Below, in pieces: positions 43,407 to 53,091 of a stretch of DNA of 64,000 nucleotides. The notes under the pieces are model-generated. The model was not told the DNA's origin and did no database searches. It was given only the letters and a program-made list of their open reading frames with translations. The DNA lies in contig JBBILB010000002.1 of NCBI GenBank assembly GCA_037445145.1, forward strand, positions 15,137 through 79,136, given 5' to 3'. The translations under genes and the position numbers were made by a program. How positions within the stretch are numbered: the first letter of the stretch is position 1; each line of letters opens with the position of its first letter. This stretch comes from Candidatus Woesearchaeota archaeon (GTDB taxonomy: Archaea > Nanobdellota > Nanobdellia > Woesearchaeales > ARS49).

Positions 43407-46025
43407 TTAAACATATCTCTTCAGCAGCTTCACGATTTCGCCGAACACAAGCACGCTTGCTGATACGCCGATTGCAATGAGCCAGTCCTTTGCTGCAAGG
43501 TGAACTGTGCCGAACAAGTGCTGTAGGAACGGAATCTCAATAACAGCAAACTGCAGGCCGATTGAGACTATTATTGCGGCCCAGAGCCATATGTTTTTGA
43601 ACATGCCAACAGCAAACAATGACGCATGTTCAGAGCGCTGGTTTAGGACGTTGAACATCTGGAACAGCATTAATGTCGTGAATGCCATTGTCTGCGCCTT
43701 TGCAAGCTGCGTGCCAGGGTCATAAAGGTCAAACACGAACAATGTGCCAAGCATCATTATCAGCCCTATCAATAATATCATTGTTCCTCTTGACTTGTTG
43801 ACTATGTTTTCCTCAATCTTTCTCGGACGCCTCTTCATCACGCCAGGCTCAGGAGGGTCTATGCCAAGGGCAAGCGCAGGGGCTCCGTCAGTAACAAGGT
43901 TGATCCAGAGAATCATGAGGGCGGTCACTGGCAAAGGCCAGCCAAGGATTATTCCTGTGAAAAGCGTGAGAACCTCGCCCATGTTGCTTGACAGGAGGTA
44001 CTCAACAAACTTCTTGATGTTGTCAAAAATCACGCGGCCTTCCTCAATAGCCCTGACAATTGTTGCAAAGTTGTCATCAGCAAGCACCATTGCGCTGGCT
44101 TCCTTTGCAACATCAGTGCCTGTGATTCCCATTGCAATGCCAAGGTCTGCTTTCTTCAATGCAGGCGCGTCATTCACGCCGTCGCCTGTCACGGCAACCA
44201 CGTGCCCTTTTTTCTGCAATGCCTCAACAATCCGCAACTTGTGGCAGGGATTAATTCTTGCATAAATGCCGATTTCCTCAACAACAGGCTCAAGGTCAGT
44301 GATGTGGTCAAGCTCAACGCCAGTGATTGCCTTGCCGGTTATTCCAAGCTCCTTTGAAATTGCCTTGGCTGTTGTCAGGTGGTCTCCGGTAATCATTACA
44401 ACCTTTATTCCTGCGCTCCTGCACTTTTCTATTGCTTCTTTAACCTCGCACCTTGGCGGGTCAATCATTGCCTGCAGCCCGACAAAAATAAGGTCTGACT
44501 CGAGCTTTTCCTTTGAGCCGGGCGTTATCTCCTTGAACGCAAACCCAAGCACCCTTAATGCCCTGTTAGCATACGCCTCATTCATCGCGAGCACTCTCTC
44601 AGCGTCAGCCCTTGAGAACCTCACGATTTTGCCGTGCAACAACTGCCTTGTGCATAACCTGACTATCACTTCAGGGGCGCCTTTTGTGCACACAAGCAGT
44701 TTTGCGCCCTTCCTGTGCACAGTTGTCATTATCTTCCGCTCGCTCGTGAATTCAATCTCGCGCAGTCTAGGGTAGCTTATGTTCAGCCGCTCCACATTTA
44801 TTCCTGCCTTTCTCGCGCTGACAATCAGCGCTGCCTCTGTCGGGTCTCCAATTGCCTTCCAGTCATGGTTTTCCTGCTCGACTTTTGCGTTGTTGTTCAG
44901 CGCGCCGATTTTCAGGAGGAGCGAGAACTGGTCAGGGTTTCTTGCAAACTTTCCTTCAGGACTGTAGCCAGAGCCGGACACTGCGACTGACTCATGGTTT
45001 GCATAAATATGCTTTACTGTCATCTGGTTGTGTGTCATTGTGCCTGTCTTGTCAGCACAGATGACTGAACACGCACCAAGGGTTTCAACGCTTGGCAGCT
45101 TCCTGACAAGCGCATTTCGCTTTGCCATCCTTTGCACGCCAAGCGCCAGAGCAACAGTTACAACAGCAGGAAGACCTTCAGGGATTGCAGCGACTGCCAG
45201 GGCGATTGCTGCAAGGAACATCTCAAACACAGGAAGCCCATAAAGCACCCCTGCGCCAAAAACTATAAGCGCGATCAGAATAACAAGCACACCCAGCATC
45301 TTGCTGAGGCTTGAAAGCTTGTTCTGCAACGGCGTCGGCTCTGCCTTTGTTTCCTTGATTAATTTGGCAATCCTGCCTATTTCTGTGGCCATTCCCGTGC
45401 TTACAACAACCGCCTTTCCCCTGCCATTTGTCACTATTGTGCCTGAAAAGACCATATTGCGCTGGTCTGCAACAGCCACGTGATCATGCAGGGTTTCCGT
45501 GCTTTTCAGGACAGGGGTTGATTCTCCGGTCAGTGCGGCTTCCTGCGTTGCAAGGTTCACTGCCTCAACAAGCCTTGCGTCTGCAGGAACCTTGTCGCCG
45601 GTTTCGAGAAGGACAATGTCGCCAGGCACGATTTGGGAGGCATCAAGCTCAACAACCTTGCCGTCTCTGAGGACTTTTGCCTTGAGGCTGACCATTTTTT
45701 TCAATGCCTCAATGGCCTCCTCTGCGCGGTATTCCTGCACGCACCCAAGGACTGCATTAAGGATTACTATTGCCGCTATAACCCAGAAGTCTGTCCATTC
45801 CCTTGCAAGGATGCTGATAATCATTGCCGCGATCAAAACCCACACAATAGGGCTCGCGAACTGGCTCATGAAAATCCTGAGCAATGAAACCTTGTGCGCC
45901 TCCTCAATGCTGTTGGCGCCGTAATGCAAAAGCCTCTGCCCTGCCTCTGCCGAAGAAAGCCCGTGCTCTGCAGAGGTTTTCAGCTCCCTTAGAACGGCAG
46001 GCACAGACTGGTCAAACCAAGGCAT
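43407..46025 (-). CDS. P-type cation-transporting ATPase (P2, Ca2+-ATPase-like)
   Basis: TGES, ICADKTGTMT, MITGDH and VTGDGVNDAPALKKADLGIAMG, 872 aa. Confidence 0.9.
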   Translation of the reverse strand: MPWFDQSVPAVLRELKTSAEHGLSSAEAGQRLLHYGANSIEEAHKVSLLRIFMSQFASPIVWVLIAAMIISILAREWTDFWVIAAIVILNAVLGCVQEYRAEEAIEALKKMVSLKAKVLRDGKVVELDASQIVPGDIVLLETGDKVPADARLVEAVNLATQEAALTGESTPVLKSTETLHDHVAVADQRNMVFSGTIVTNGRGKAVVVSTGMATEIGRIAKLIKETKAEPTPLQNKLSSLSKMLGVLVILIALIVFGAGVLYGLPVFEMFLAAIALAVAAIPEGLPAVVTVALALGVQRMAKRNALVRKLPSVETLGACSVICADKTGTMTHNQMTVKHIYANHESVAVSGSGYSPEGKFARNPDQFSLLLKIGALNNNAKVEQENHDWKAIGDPTEAALIVSARKAGINVERLNISYPRLREIEFTSERKIMTTVHRKGAKLLVCTKGAPEVIVRLCTRQLLHGKIVRFSRADAERVLAMNEAYANRALRVLGFAFKEITPGSKEKLESDLIFVGLQAMIDPPRCEVKEAIEKCRSAGIKVVMITGDHLTTAKAISKELGITGKAITGVELDHITDLEPVVEEIGIYARINPCHKLRIVEALQKKGHVVAVTGDGVNDAPALKKADLGIAMGITGTDVAKEASAMVLADDNFATIVRAIEEGRVIFDNIKKFVEYLLSSNMGEVLTLFTGIILGWPLPVTALMILWINLVTDGAPALALGIDPPEPGVMKRRPRKIEENIVNKSRGTMILLIGLIMMLGTLFVFDLYDPGTQLAKAQTMAFTTLMLFQMFNVLNQRSEHASLFAVGMFKNIWLWAAIIVSIGLQFAVIEIPFLQHLFGTVHLAAKDWLIAIGVSASVLVFGEIVKLLKRYV

Positions 46026-46094
46026 GGCACGCAGACTTGATTATTTAGTATATAAACTTTGATGGTGGTATCTACGCTGCAGGCGTCCATAATG

Positions 46095-46103
46095 TTTATA
46101 TAA
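46095..46103 (+). promoter_or_regulatory. TATA box; predicts a leaderless CBS-protein mRNA
   Basis: TTTATATAA centred 27 nt upstream of the ATG at 46126. Confidence 0.4.
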
Positions 46104-46125
46104 TCGGTTGAAGCCATGCAGGAAT

Positions 46126-46992
46126 ATGGTTGCAGCATCTGACCTGCTGAAAACGGATTTCATCATTGCCACTGTTGATGACCCAGTCTCTTCACTTATT
46201 GGGCAGATGGAAAGGCACGGCGAATGCTATGCGGTTGTGTTTGAGAAAGACAATTACAAGGGAATTGTGGCAAAGAAATGGCTTTTGTCCTCAAGAATTG
46301 ACCCCACGAGAATGCGGCTAAAGAACCTGCTTAAGCACCGCTCAAAAAGCAAAACGCAGTTCTTTGTCCCAAAGCTCTCGCCTGACACAGAACTCAAGGA
46401 GATTGCGCGGCTCATGGCAACAGCAGATGTTCATGCCCTTCCTGTCATCATTACAGAGCACAAGAAGGAAAAGGTATTGGGGATGGTGCATTCAAGGGAT
46501 GTCATTGCAAACCTGAAAACATTTTATTCCAGGATAAGGGCTGATGAGCTCGCAAGCATGAAGCTAATTACAGTGCACCAAAACGACGAGGTCGGCAAAG
46601 CAATGAGCCTAATGAGCAGGCAGGGAATCAGCAAGGTGGTTGTGGTTGACAGCCAGAACAAGCTCATAGGCGTACTCGGGCTCACTGACGTCCTCATTAA
46701 CGTCTCTGTGTTTCCGCGCTCAAGGATCCGCATCCCAAAAGCCGCAAGCCACCAGAAAGGCAAGCACACAGGCTTTGGCGTCGGTGAAAAAACAGATCTG
46801 CTCAAACTGCCTGTGCACAATGTCCTCACCCACTTGCCAAACTGCATAACAGCACCACCTGAGGAATCAATGGCAAACATCATTGACCTCATGGTTGGAA
46901 ACGGCGTAAGCTCTGTTGTGCTCGTAAAGAAGGACATTCCAGTCGGCATAATAACAATCAAGGACATTCTGGAAGATTTTGCAAAGGAATAA
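46126..46992 (+). CDS. CBS-domain protein (two CBS pairs)
   Basis: Repeated CBS pattern (..VHALPVI..KVLGMVHSRDVI.., ..ISKVVVVDSQNKLIGVLGLTDVL.., ..VSSVVLVKKDIPVGIITIKDIL). Confidence 0.75.
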   Translation: MVAASDLLKTDFIIATVDDPVSSLIGQMERHGECYAVVFEKDNYKGIVAKKWLLSSRIDPTRMRLKNLLKHRSKSKTQFFVPKLSPDTELKEIARLMATADVHALPVIITEHKKEKVLGMVHSRDVIANLKTFYSRIRADELASMKLITVHQNDEVGKAMSLMSRQGISKVVVVDSQNKLIGVLGLTDVLINVSVFPRSRIRIPKAASHQKGKHTGFGVGEKTDLLKLPVHNVLTHLPNCITAPPEESMANIIDLMVGNGVSSVVLVKKDIPVGIITIKDILEDFAKE

Positions 46993-47119
46993 CTAAATTT
47001 CTGCAGGAAAGCAGCATTACAGCCAGAACTTCACCAGAAATAACTACAAACCCAACGCTCAGTTTTTTTAAACAGGAACCTCTCTTTGAAAAAAGAAATG
47101 TTTAAATACAACTTATTAG

Positions 47120-47145
47120 ACTAGTATACAAAAACCACCACTAGT
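47120..47145 (+). promoter_or_regulatory. Paired palindromic ACTAGT hexamers between the TATA box and the wHTH-regulator gene
   Basis: ACTAGT at 47120-47125 and 47140-47145 (20-bp spacing), downstream of TTTAAATA (47101-47108) and upstream of the ATG at 47159. Confidence 0.3.
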
Positions 47146-47158
47146 GATGCGGAATTAG

Positions 47159-47419
47159 ATGCTATCGCCGAAATACAGAAACCCCAAGCGGACATTTAGG
47201 GAACTCAGGAATGACATTCTGACTGACTTACTAAAAGGGCGAAAGACCGTCAACCAGCTGTCAAAAGACACAGGAATAAACTGGAAGACTGTTGACAACC
47301 ACCTTATCTGGCTCAAGGGCCGCGGATTTGTCAGGGAAGTCTTTGCCAGCTCTTATGTCAAGATTTACGAGCTCAGCGGGGAAGGAAGGAAATTCCTCGG
47401 TGTGGAGGCTGAACAATGA
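47159..47419 (+). CDS. Small winged-helix transcription regulator
   Basis: ILTDLLKGRKTVNQLSKDTGINWKTVDNHLIWLKGRGFV. Overlaps the glycosyltransferase start by 4 nt. Confidence 0.65.
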   Translation: MLSPKYRNPKRTFRELRNDILTDLLKGRKTVNQLSKDTGINWKTVDNHLIWLKGRGFVREVFASSYVKIYELSGEGRKFLGVEAEQ

Positions 47420-48630
47420 AGCCAACACGCGTGCTCATGTTCGGATGGGAATTCCCACCGTTCAAGACAGGAGGGCTTGGCACAGCCTGCTACGGGCTCA
47501 CAAAAGGGCTTGCAATAAACGGCGTGCACGTGACTTTCGTAATGCCGGTAGCCCCGGAAGGCGCAAAGGCAGAATTTGTCAGGCTCATCGGCGCAAACCA
47601 GTTCGCAAATAACATCAAGGCAATCGCTGTTCCGTCAATGCTCGCGCCATACCAGACAGCAGAACAATACGCAGAAGACTATGCACCACTGAGCACAAAA
47701 GGATTCTATGGCAAAAACATTTACGCAGAGGCAAAAAGGTTTGCAAGGATTGGAAAGGCAATCGCGAAGAAAGAGCACCACGACATCATCCACGCGCACG
47801 ACTGGATGACGTACGAAGCAGGAATTGAGGCAAGGAAAGTCTCAGGAAAACCATTAGTCATGCATATCCACGCAACAGAATTTGACCGCACAGGAGACAA
47901 CCCGAACCATTACATTGCGCACAAGGAATACGAAGGCCTTAAGGCAGCTGACATCATCATAGCAAACAGCAATTTCACAAAAAACAATGTCATAAAGCAT
48001 TACAAAATTCCCGAAGAAAAAATCCGCGTTGTCCACTGGGGGATTGAAGAGGACAACCCTGACTACCACCTCAACTACCGCTCGACCCTGAACAAGAAAG
48101 GAAAGGTTGTCCTGTTCCTCGGCAGGATAACAATACAAAAAGGGCCGGACTATTTCATCGAGGTCGCGAAAAAAGTCAGCGAATTCGAGCCAAACACAAT
48201 ATTCATTATCGCAGGAGACGGCGACATGATGCCGAGAATAATAAACAGGGCGCACGAGCTCGGCATGGCTGACAAGGTAATATTCACAGGATTCCTGCAG
48301 GGAACTGAAGTGCACAAGGCATTCCAGATGGCAGATGTTTACGTGATGCCCAGCATTTCAGAGCCGTTCGGCCTTGTCGCGCTTGAAAGCCTGAAGAACA
48401 AAACGCCGGTAATAGTGAGCAGGCAGAGCGGTGTGTCAGAAGTCCTCAGCCACTGCCTCAAGACAGACTTCTGGGACATAAACAAAATGACAGACATGAT
48501 AATCAGCGTACTCCGCCACCCAGAACTCAGGGAAGAGCTCAGGGAAAAAGGCCACGCAGAATCAAACAGGTTCAACCTTGACGAGCCGGCAAAAAAAGTC
48601 AGGGCAATTTACGAAGAGGTGACAAAATGA
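47416..48630 (+). CDS. glgA: Glycogen synthase-like glycosyltransferase (GT-B)
   Basis: N-terminus VLMFGWEFPPFKTGGLGTACYGLTKGLA and C-terminus YVMPSISEPFGLVALESL (E-x7-E). Confidence 0.75.
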   Translation: MKPTRVLMFGWEFPPFKTGGLGTACYGLTKGLAINGVHVTFVMPVAPEGAKAEFVRLIGANQFANNIKAIAVPSMLAPYQTAEQYAEDYAPLSTKGFYGKNIYAEAKRFARIGKAIAKKEHHDIIHAHDWMTYEAGIEARKVSGKPLVMHIHATEFDRTGDNPNHYIAHKEYEGLKAADIIIANSNFTKNNVIKHYKIPEEKIRVVHWGIEEDNPDYHLNYRSTLNKKGKVVLFLGRITIQKGPDYFIEVAKKVSEFEPNTIFIIAGDGDMMPRIINRAHELGMADKVIFTGFLQGTEVHKAFQMADVYVMPSISEPFGLVALESLKNKTPVIVSRQSGVSEVLSHCLKTDFWDINKMTDMIISVLRHPELREELREKGHAESNRFNLDEPAKKVRAIYEEVTK

Positions 48631-49841
48631 CAAACGTATGCCTGTACTTTCAGGTGCACCAGCCATTCAGGATGAGAAAATACACTGTGTTTGACATAGG
48701 GCACAACACAAACTATTTTGATGACAACAAGAACAAGGAAGTAATGCAGAAAGTTGCGAAAAAATGCTACATTCCTGCAAACAGGATACTTAGGAACTTG
48801 ATCGCAAAGCACGATGACTTCAAGTGCGCATTCAGCATCACAGGCACTGCGTTTGAGCAGTTCCAAAAATACGCACCCGCAGTACTAGACAGCTTTGAGG
48901 ACATTGCAGCAACAGGCGCGGTGGAATTCCTCAACGAAACATACCACCACTCACTCGCATTCCTGCACGACAAGGACGAATTCATCAACCAGGTCAGGAT
49001 GCACCAAAAACTCGTTAAAGACAACTTCAAACAAAAGCCAATTGTTTTCAGGAACACAGAGCTTGTCTTCAACAACCACCTCGCAAAAACAGCAGAGGAG
49101 CTTGGCTACAAGGCAATACTTGCAGAAGGCGCAGACCACGTACTTGGCTGGAAGTCGCCAAACTATGTCTACAGGCCAAAAACAACAAAGCGCATAAGGC
49201 TCCTGCTGAAAAACTACAGGCTCTCTGACGATATCGCATTCAGGTTCGGAGACAAAAGCTGGGCAGGCCACCCCCTCACGGCATCAAAGTACGCAGAGTG
49301 GATTGCGCCAATACTCGGCGACAGCATAAACCTCTTTATGGACTACGAGACATTTGGCGAGCACCAGTGGGAGGACACAGGCATTTTCAAGTTCCTCGAG
49401 CACCTGCCTTCGGAATTAAAGAAAAAAGGAATTTCATTCCACTGGCCATCGGAGCTTGCAAAAGTCGAGCCAAAGGATGAGCTTGACATCCACAACCCTG
49501 TGAGCTGGGCTGACATTGAGCGTGACACATCAGCATGGCTCGGCAACAGGATGCAGAACTCTGCAGCGCAAAGACTGTACTCATTGAGAAAGGAAGTGCT
49601 CGCAAGCAGGGACGGGCAACTGATTGACGCGTGGAGAAAGCTCAGCACAAGCGACCACTTCTACTACATGTGCACCAAATGGTTCAATGACGGAGACGTC
49701 CACAAGTACTTCAACCCGTACGACAGCCCGTACGAGGCATTCATAGCATACATGAACATACTCAACGACATCATCCTTCGCATAAAAGGCGATGAGCAAA
49801 GAGGTGTCGGAGCAGCGCTTAAGCGCTGGATTTCAGTCTAA
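48627..49841 (+). CDS. Glycoside hydrolase family 57 protein
   Basis: LYFQVHQPFR..., ETYHHSL and LFMDYETFGEHQW, typical of the GH57 catalytic domain. Confidence 0.7.
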   Translation: MTNVCLYFQVHQPFRMRKYTVFDIGHNTNYFDDNKNKEVMQKVAKKCYIPANRILRNLIAKHDDFKCAFSITGTAFEQFQKYAPAVLDSFEDIAATGAVEFLNETYHHSLAFLHDKDEFINQVRMHQKLVKDNFKQKPIVFRNTELVFNNHLAKTAEELGYKAILAEGADHVLGWKSPNYVYRPKTTKRIRLLLKNYRLSDDIAFRFGDKSWAGHPLTASKYAEWIAPILGDSINLFMDYETFGEHQWEDTGIFKFLEHLPSELKKKGISFHWPSELAKVEPKDELDIHNPVSWADIERDTSAWLGNRMQNSAAQRLYSLRKEVLASRDGQLIDAWRKLSTSDHFYYMCTKWFNDGDVHKYFNPYDSPYEAFIAYMNILNDIILRIKGDEQRGVGAALKRWISV

Positions 49842-49857
49842 AACGAGGTGAAAACAA

Positions 49858-50127
49858 ATGGCAAAGAAAAAAATTATGAAATGCGATGCGGAAAAGAGCT
49901 TTTACGTAAGCGACGGAAGCGTGTACTCAACACTCGCCCAGCTCGCAAAGGGGCTCAGGAAAATGCACCCTGACACGTACGAATACCACGCGAATGAGCA
50001 GAAGAACGACTTCCACAACTGGGTGAAGGACGTGTTTGGCGAGCAAAAGCTTGCGCAAAAGCTCCTCGCTGCAAAGGACAAGCTGCAAAGCGCAAAGGTA
50101 GTCGAGGCGTTCCTGAAAAGAAAGTAA
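49858..50127 (+). CDS. Small protein carrying the HxxN-x3-NDFxNW domain (copy A)
   Basis: KSFYVSDGSVYSTLAQLAKGLRKMHPDTYEYHANEQKNDFHNWVKDVFGEQKLAQKL. Confidence 0.65.
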   Translation: MAKKKIMKCDAEKSFYVSDGSVYSTLAQLAKGLRKMHPDTYEYHANEQKNDFHNWVKDVFGEQKLAQKLLAAKDKLQSAKVVEAFLKRK

Positions 50128-50188
50128 GCCTTTTCAGGACGCAATATTTAAAAACAAGGCAGCACTCTGCAAACTCCAGAGGTGGGTT

Positions 50189-50644
50189 ATGGCAAAAAAG
50201 AGGAAAACAAAAAGGCACGCAGCACGCAGGCCTGCAAAAGTCGTGAAGGCAGAGCCAAAGGCAAGGCTCGAGGTCTTCTACAGGAAAAAGGAGTTCGGAA
50301 AGGCGCCAGTTGAGAAACACTTTGTCCTCCAAGACGGCAGGAAGCTGGAAAGTCTGTTCCAGCTGATTGACGAGCTTGAAACAATGAGCGAGGATGTCTT
50401 CAGGCACCACGTGAACGAGCTCAGGAACGATTTTGCAAATTGGGTAAGGGATGTGTTTGAGTTGCCTTCCCTTGCAGAAGAGATGCAACGAATCAGGGAC
50501 CGCATAGAAACGCAAAGGGCAGTGATGAAGCACATTCTCAGGGAAGTCGCGCACATAGCAAGCAAGGAGCACAGATCGGAAGAGAGAAAAGAAGTTGAGA
50601 AGGGGAAAAAAGAACCCAGGGCCGTGAAGTGCGTGATACACTGA
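50189..50644 (+). CDS. Protein with basic N-tail plus HHVN-NDF-NW domain (copy B)
   Basis: KHFVLQDGRKLESLFQLIDELETMSEDVFRHHVNELRNDFANWVRDVFELPSLAEEM. Confidence 0.65.
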   Translation: MAKKRKTKRHAARRPAKVVKAEPKARLEVFYRKKEFGKAPVEKHFVLQDGRKLESLFQLIDELETMSEDVFRHHVNELRNDFANWVRDVFELPSLAEEMQRIRDRIETQRAVMKHILREVAHIASKEHRSEERKEVEKGKKEPRAVKCVIH

Positions 50645-50645
50645 A

Positions 50646-51020
50646 ATGAGCTTTTTAAAAGACGTCCATCCAGACCACGTGTTCCATTTAAAGAGCGGAA
50701 GCACCATAAAAAACCTTTACGAGCTTGCTAATGAGCTCGCAACGATGGACGAGGAAACATTCAGGCACCACGTCAACGAGGAAAAGAACGACTTCCACAA
50801 CTGGATACTGCACATAATCCGCGATGAGCACCTCGCAAGCGTTTTCGGCGAGATAAAGGACAGGCGCCTCATGCTTGCTGCTGTCGAGAAAAGAATACAG
50901 GACCTTGAAAACCCCCCAGAGCCAAAACACCGCCTGCCATTCCACTTCACGGCAAGAGACTACCTCCTCGGCATCCTGATAGGCGCTGTCGCGATGCTGA
51001 TGATAACAAAGCTCCTTTGA
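50646..51020 (+). CDS. HHVN-NDF-NW domain protein with C-terminal TM helix (copy C)
   Basis: HVFHLKSGSTIKNLYELANELATMDEETFRHHVNEEKNDFHNWILHIIRDEHLASVF, followed by the TM helix YLLGILIGAVAMLMITKLL. Confidence 0.65.
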   Translation: MSFLKDVHPDHVFHLKSGSTIKNLYELANELATMDEETFRHHVNEEKNDFHNWILHIIRDEHLASVFGEIKDRRLMLAAVEKRIQDLENPPEPKHRLPFHFTARDYLLGILIGAVAMLMITKLL

Positions 51021-51105
51021 GTATTTTCCCAAACATATGTTTTAACACAGATTTCTTTATATTAAACTGAAAACATCCAGCCAAAAATCACACAGGGGTG
51101 GGAAA

Positions 51106-52065
51106 ATGGCAGAAACAAAAATACCATTTCTAAACGTGCAGGCAAAATCAGTGCCAGAAGCGTATTACAAGGCATTGGAAGCAGTGCACAACCACGGAAT
51201 GAGCATAAGGACCCAGTATGACAGAAAAAACCCGGACGGCACATTCATAGACCCGCCAAGCAAAGACGCAAAAGTCGCAATCATGATTGAAGACCCTTTT
51301 GCACAGCCAAGATTTCCAGCCCTCAGCTATTGCGAAAGGGGAAAATACATTGCAGAATTCCTTGGCTCAAAAGACCACATGGTCGTGCCGTACCAAAAGC
51401 TTGTTGAAATGGTCAAAGGAGGAAAGGAATTTGAGGCAACGCAATGGCCATACTGCTACCACCAAAGGCTTACCGCATACCCGCGGGCTGACGGCACAAC
51501 AATAAACCAGCTGGAACTGATGCTGGACAAGCTTGCAAAAGACCCAATTTCAAGAAGAGCAGTTGCAATAACATGCGTGCCTGAAATTGACCTTTACATG
51601 GCTGCTGACGCGCCCTGCCTGAGGGAAATCCAGCTCAGGGCGCCTGAAAACGAAAAAGGCCAGCTTGTGCTGAACATGCACGCGCACTGGAGAAGCCGCG
51701 ACCTCTACAAGGCATGGGGGGACAATGTGATAGGAATCACAAACCTGCAGGCAATGCTTGCGGCAAGACTCGCTGAAAAAACAGGCAGGGAAGTAATCGT
51801 CGGACCTTACACAGAAACAAACGGCTCACTGCACATTTATGGTCAGGATTATTTGCAGAAAAAAGCAGGGGAATTCTTCACAAAATTCCCGACAGCTGAG
51901 TCATTTGTTGCAAAAGCATGGACAAGCGAAAAGGCACTGGAAGCTGAAATACTGCCGCAGCTCGAAGAGCACCTTAACGAAACAACCTGGAACTTCCCGC
52001 CCGAAGCCATCGCGCTCATCAAGGGGCTGATTGAGGGCTACAAGAGCAGAAAATTTGTCCCTTAA
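51106..52065 (+). CDS. Thymidylate synthase (ThyA) superfamily protein
   Basis: SRRAVAITCVPE, DAPCLREIQLR, LNMHAHWRSRDLYKAWGDNVIGITNLQ and GSLHIYGQDY parallel the ThyA blocks (RR..., PCH..QF, QRS.D..LG.PFNI and HiY). Confidence 0.6.
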   Translation: MAETKIPFLNVQAKSVPEAYYKALEAVHNHGMSIRTQYDRKNPDGTFIDPPSKDAKVAIMIEDPFAQPRFPALSYCERGKYIAEFLGSKDHMVVPYQKLVEMVKGGKEFEATQWPYCYHQRLTAYPRADGTTINQLELMLDKLAKDPISRRAVAITCVPEIDLYMAADAPCLREIQLRAPENEKGQLVLNMHAHWRSRDLYKAWGDNVIGITNLQAMLAARLAEKTGREVIVGPYTETNGSLHIYGQDYLQKKAGEFFTKFPTAESFVAKAWTSEKALEAEILPQLEEHLNETTWNFPPEAIALIKGLIEGYKSRKFVP

Positions 52066-52120
52066 ACCAGCAATATTTATATACGCTGACGGCTCGTTCT
52101 TTCACAAAAAGAGGCAAACC

Positions 52121-53086
52121 ATGTACGACGTAATTACTCTTGGTTCTGGAACTATTGACGTATTCGTAAAAACAAAAAAACCGGAAATACTAAGACACAA
52201 AGGACATAATGACGTCTGCTACGCAATCGGCGAGAAAATACTTGTTGAGGACCTGCACGTTGACACAGGCGGAGGAGGCACAAACACAGCCGTCGCATTC
52301 TCACGGCTTGGCCTGAGGACAGCATGGATCGGCGAAGTCGGTACAGACCTGCACGCAAAAGCAGTCCTTGACGAGATGAAGCGCGAAAAAGTGGACTTCC
52401 TCGGCGGAAAGGGAAGGGGAGTGACAGGCTACAGCGTCATCCTCACGGGGCTTGAGCATGACAGGAGCATACTGACATTCAAAGGGGTCAATGACAAGCT
52501 CGCGGATTATGAAGTGCCGTGGAAAAAGCTCAGTACAAAATGGTTTTATTTCAGCGCAATGATGAACCAGAGCTTCGAAACCCTCAAGAAAGCGGTGCTG
52601 TTCGCAAAGAAAAAAGGAATCAGGTACGCATTCAACCCAAGCATGTACATTGCAAAAATGAGAGTCAAGGCGCTCAAGCCAATAATTGATGACTGCGACC
52701 TCCTCATAATGAACAAGGAAGAAGCCCAAGCACTCACGGGAAAGAAAACGGCAGGATGCAGGGAACTGCTTGCCGAACTGCAAAAACACGCAAAGATAGC
52801 AGTAATTACAGATGGTCCAAGAACTGTACACGCACATAACGGAATCAAGCTTTACGAGCTTATCCCTCCGCGCATAAAAGTCGTTGAAACAACAGGGGCA
52901 GGAGATGCATTCGCAGCAGGCATGCTGGCAGGAATAATCATCAAGAAGGACATAAAAGAAGCAATGCAGTGGGGAATGGCAGAGGCAGCAGCAGTCATCC
53001 AGCAAATCGGGGCAAAGCAGAACCTCCTGACAAGAAGGCAAATTGAGAAGGCGCCAAAGGCAAGAGTAATTATTACGAGGCTCTAA
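52121..53086 (+). CDS. PfkB-family carbohydrate kinase
   Basis: GGGGTNTAVAFSRLG and TTGAGDAFAAGMLAG. ATG at 52121 is preferred over the listed upstream start. Confidence 0.8.
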   Translation: MYDVITLGSGTIDVFVKTKKPEILRHKGHNDVCYAIGEKILVEDLHVDTGGGGTNTAVAFSRLGLRTAWIGEVGTDLHAKAVLDEMKREKVDFLGGKGRGVTGYSVILTGLEHDRSILTFKGVNDKLADYEVPWKKLSTKWFYFSAMMNQSFETLKKAVLFAKKKGIRYAFNPSMYIAKMRVKALKPIIDDCDLLIMNKEEAQALTGKKTAGCRELLAELQKHAKIAVITDGPRTVHAHNGIKLYELIPPRIKVVETTGAGDAFAAGMLAGIIIKKDIKEAMQWGMAEAAAVIQQIGAKQNLLTRRQIEKAPKARVIITRL

Positions 53087-53091
53087 AAAAA

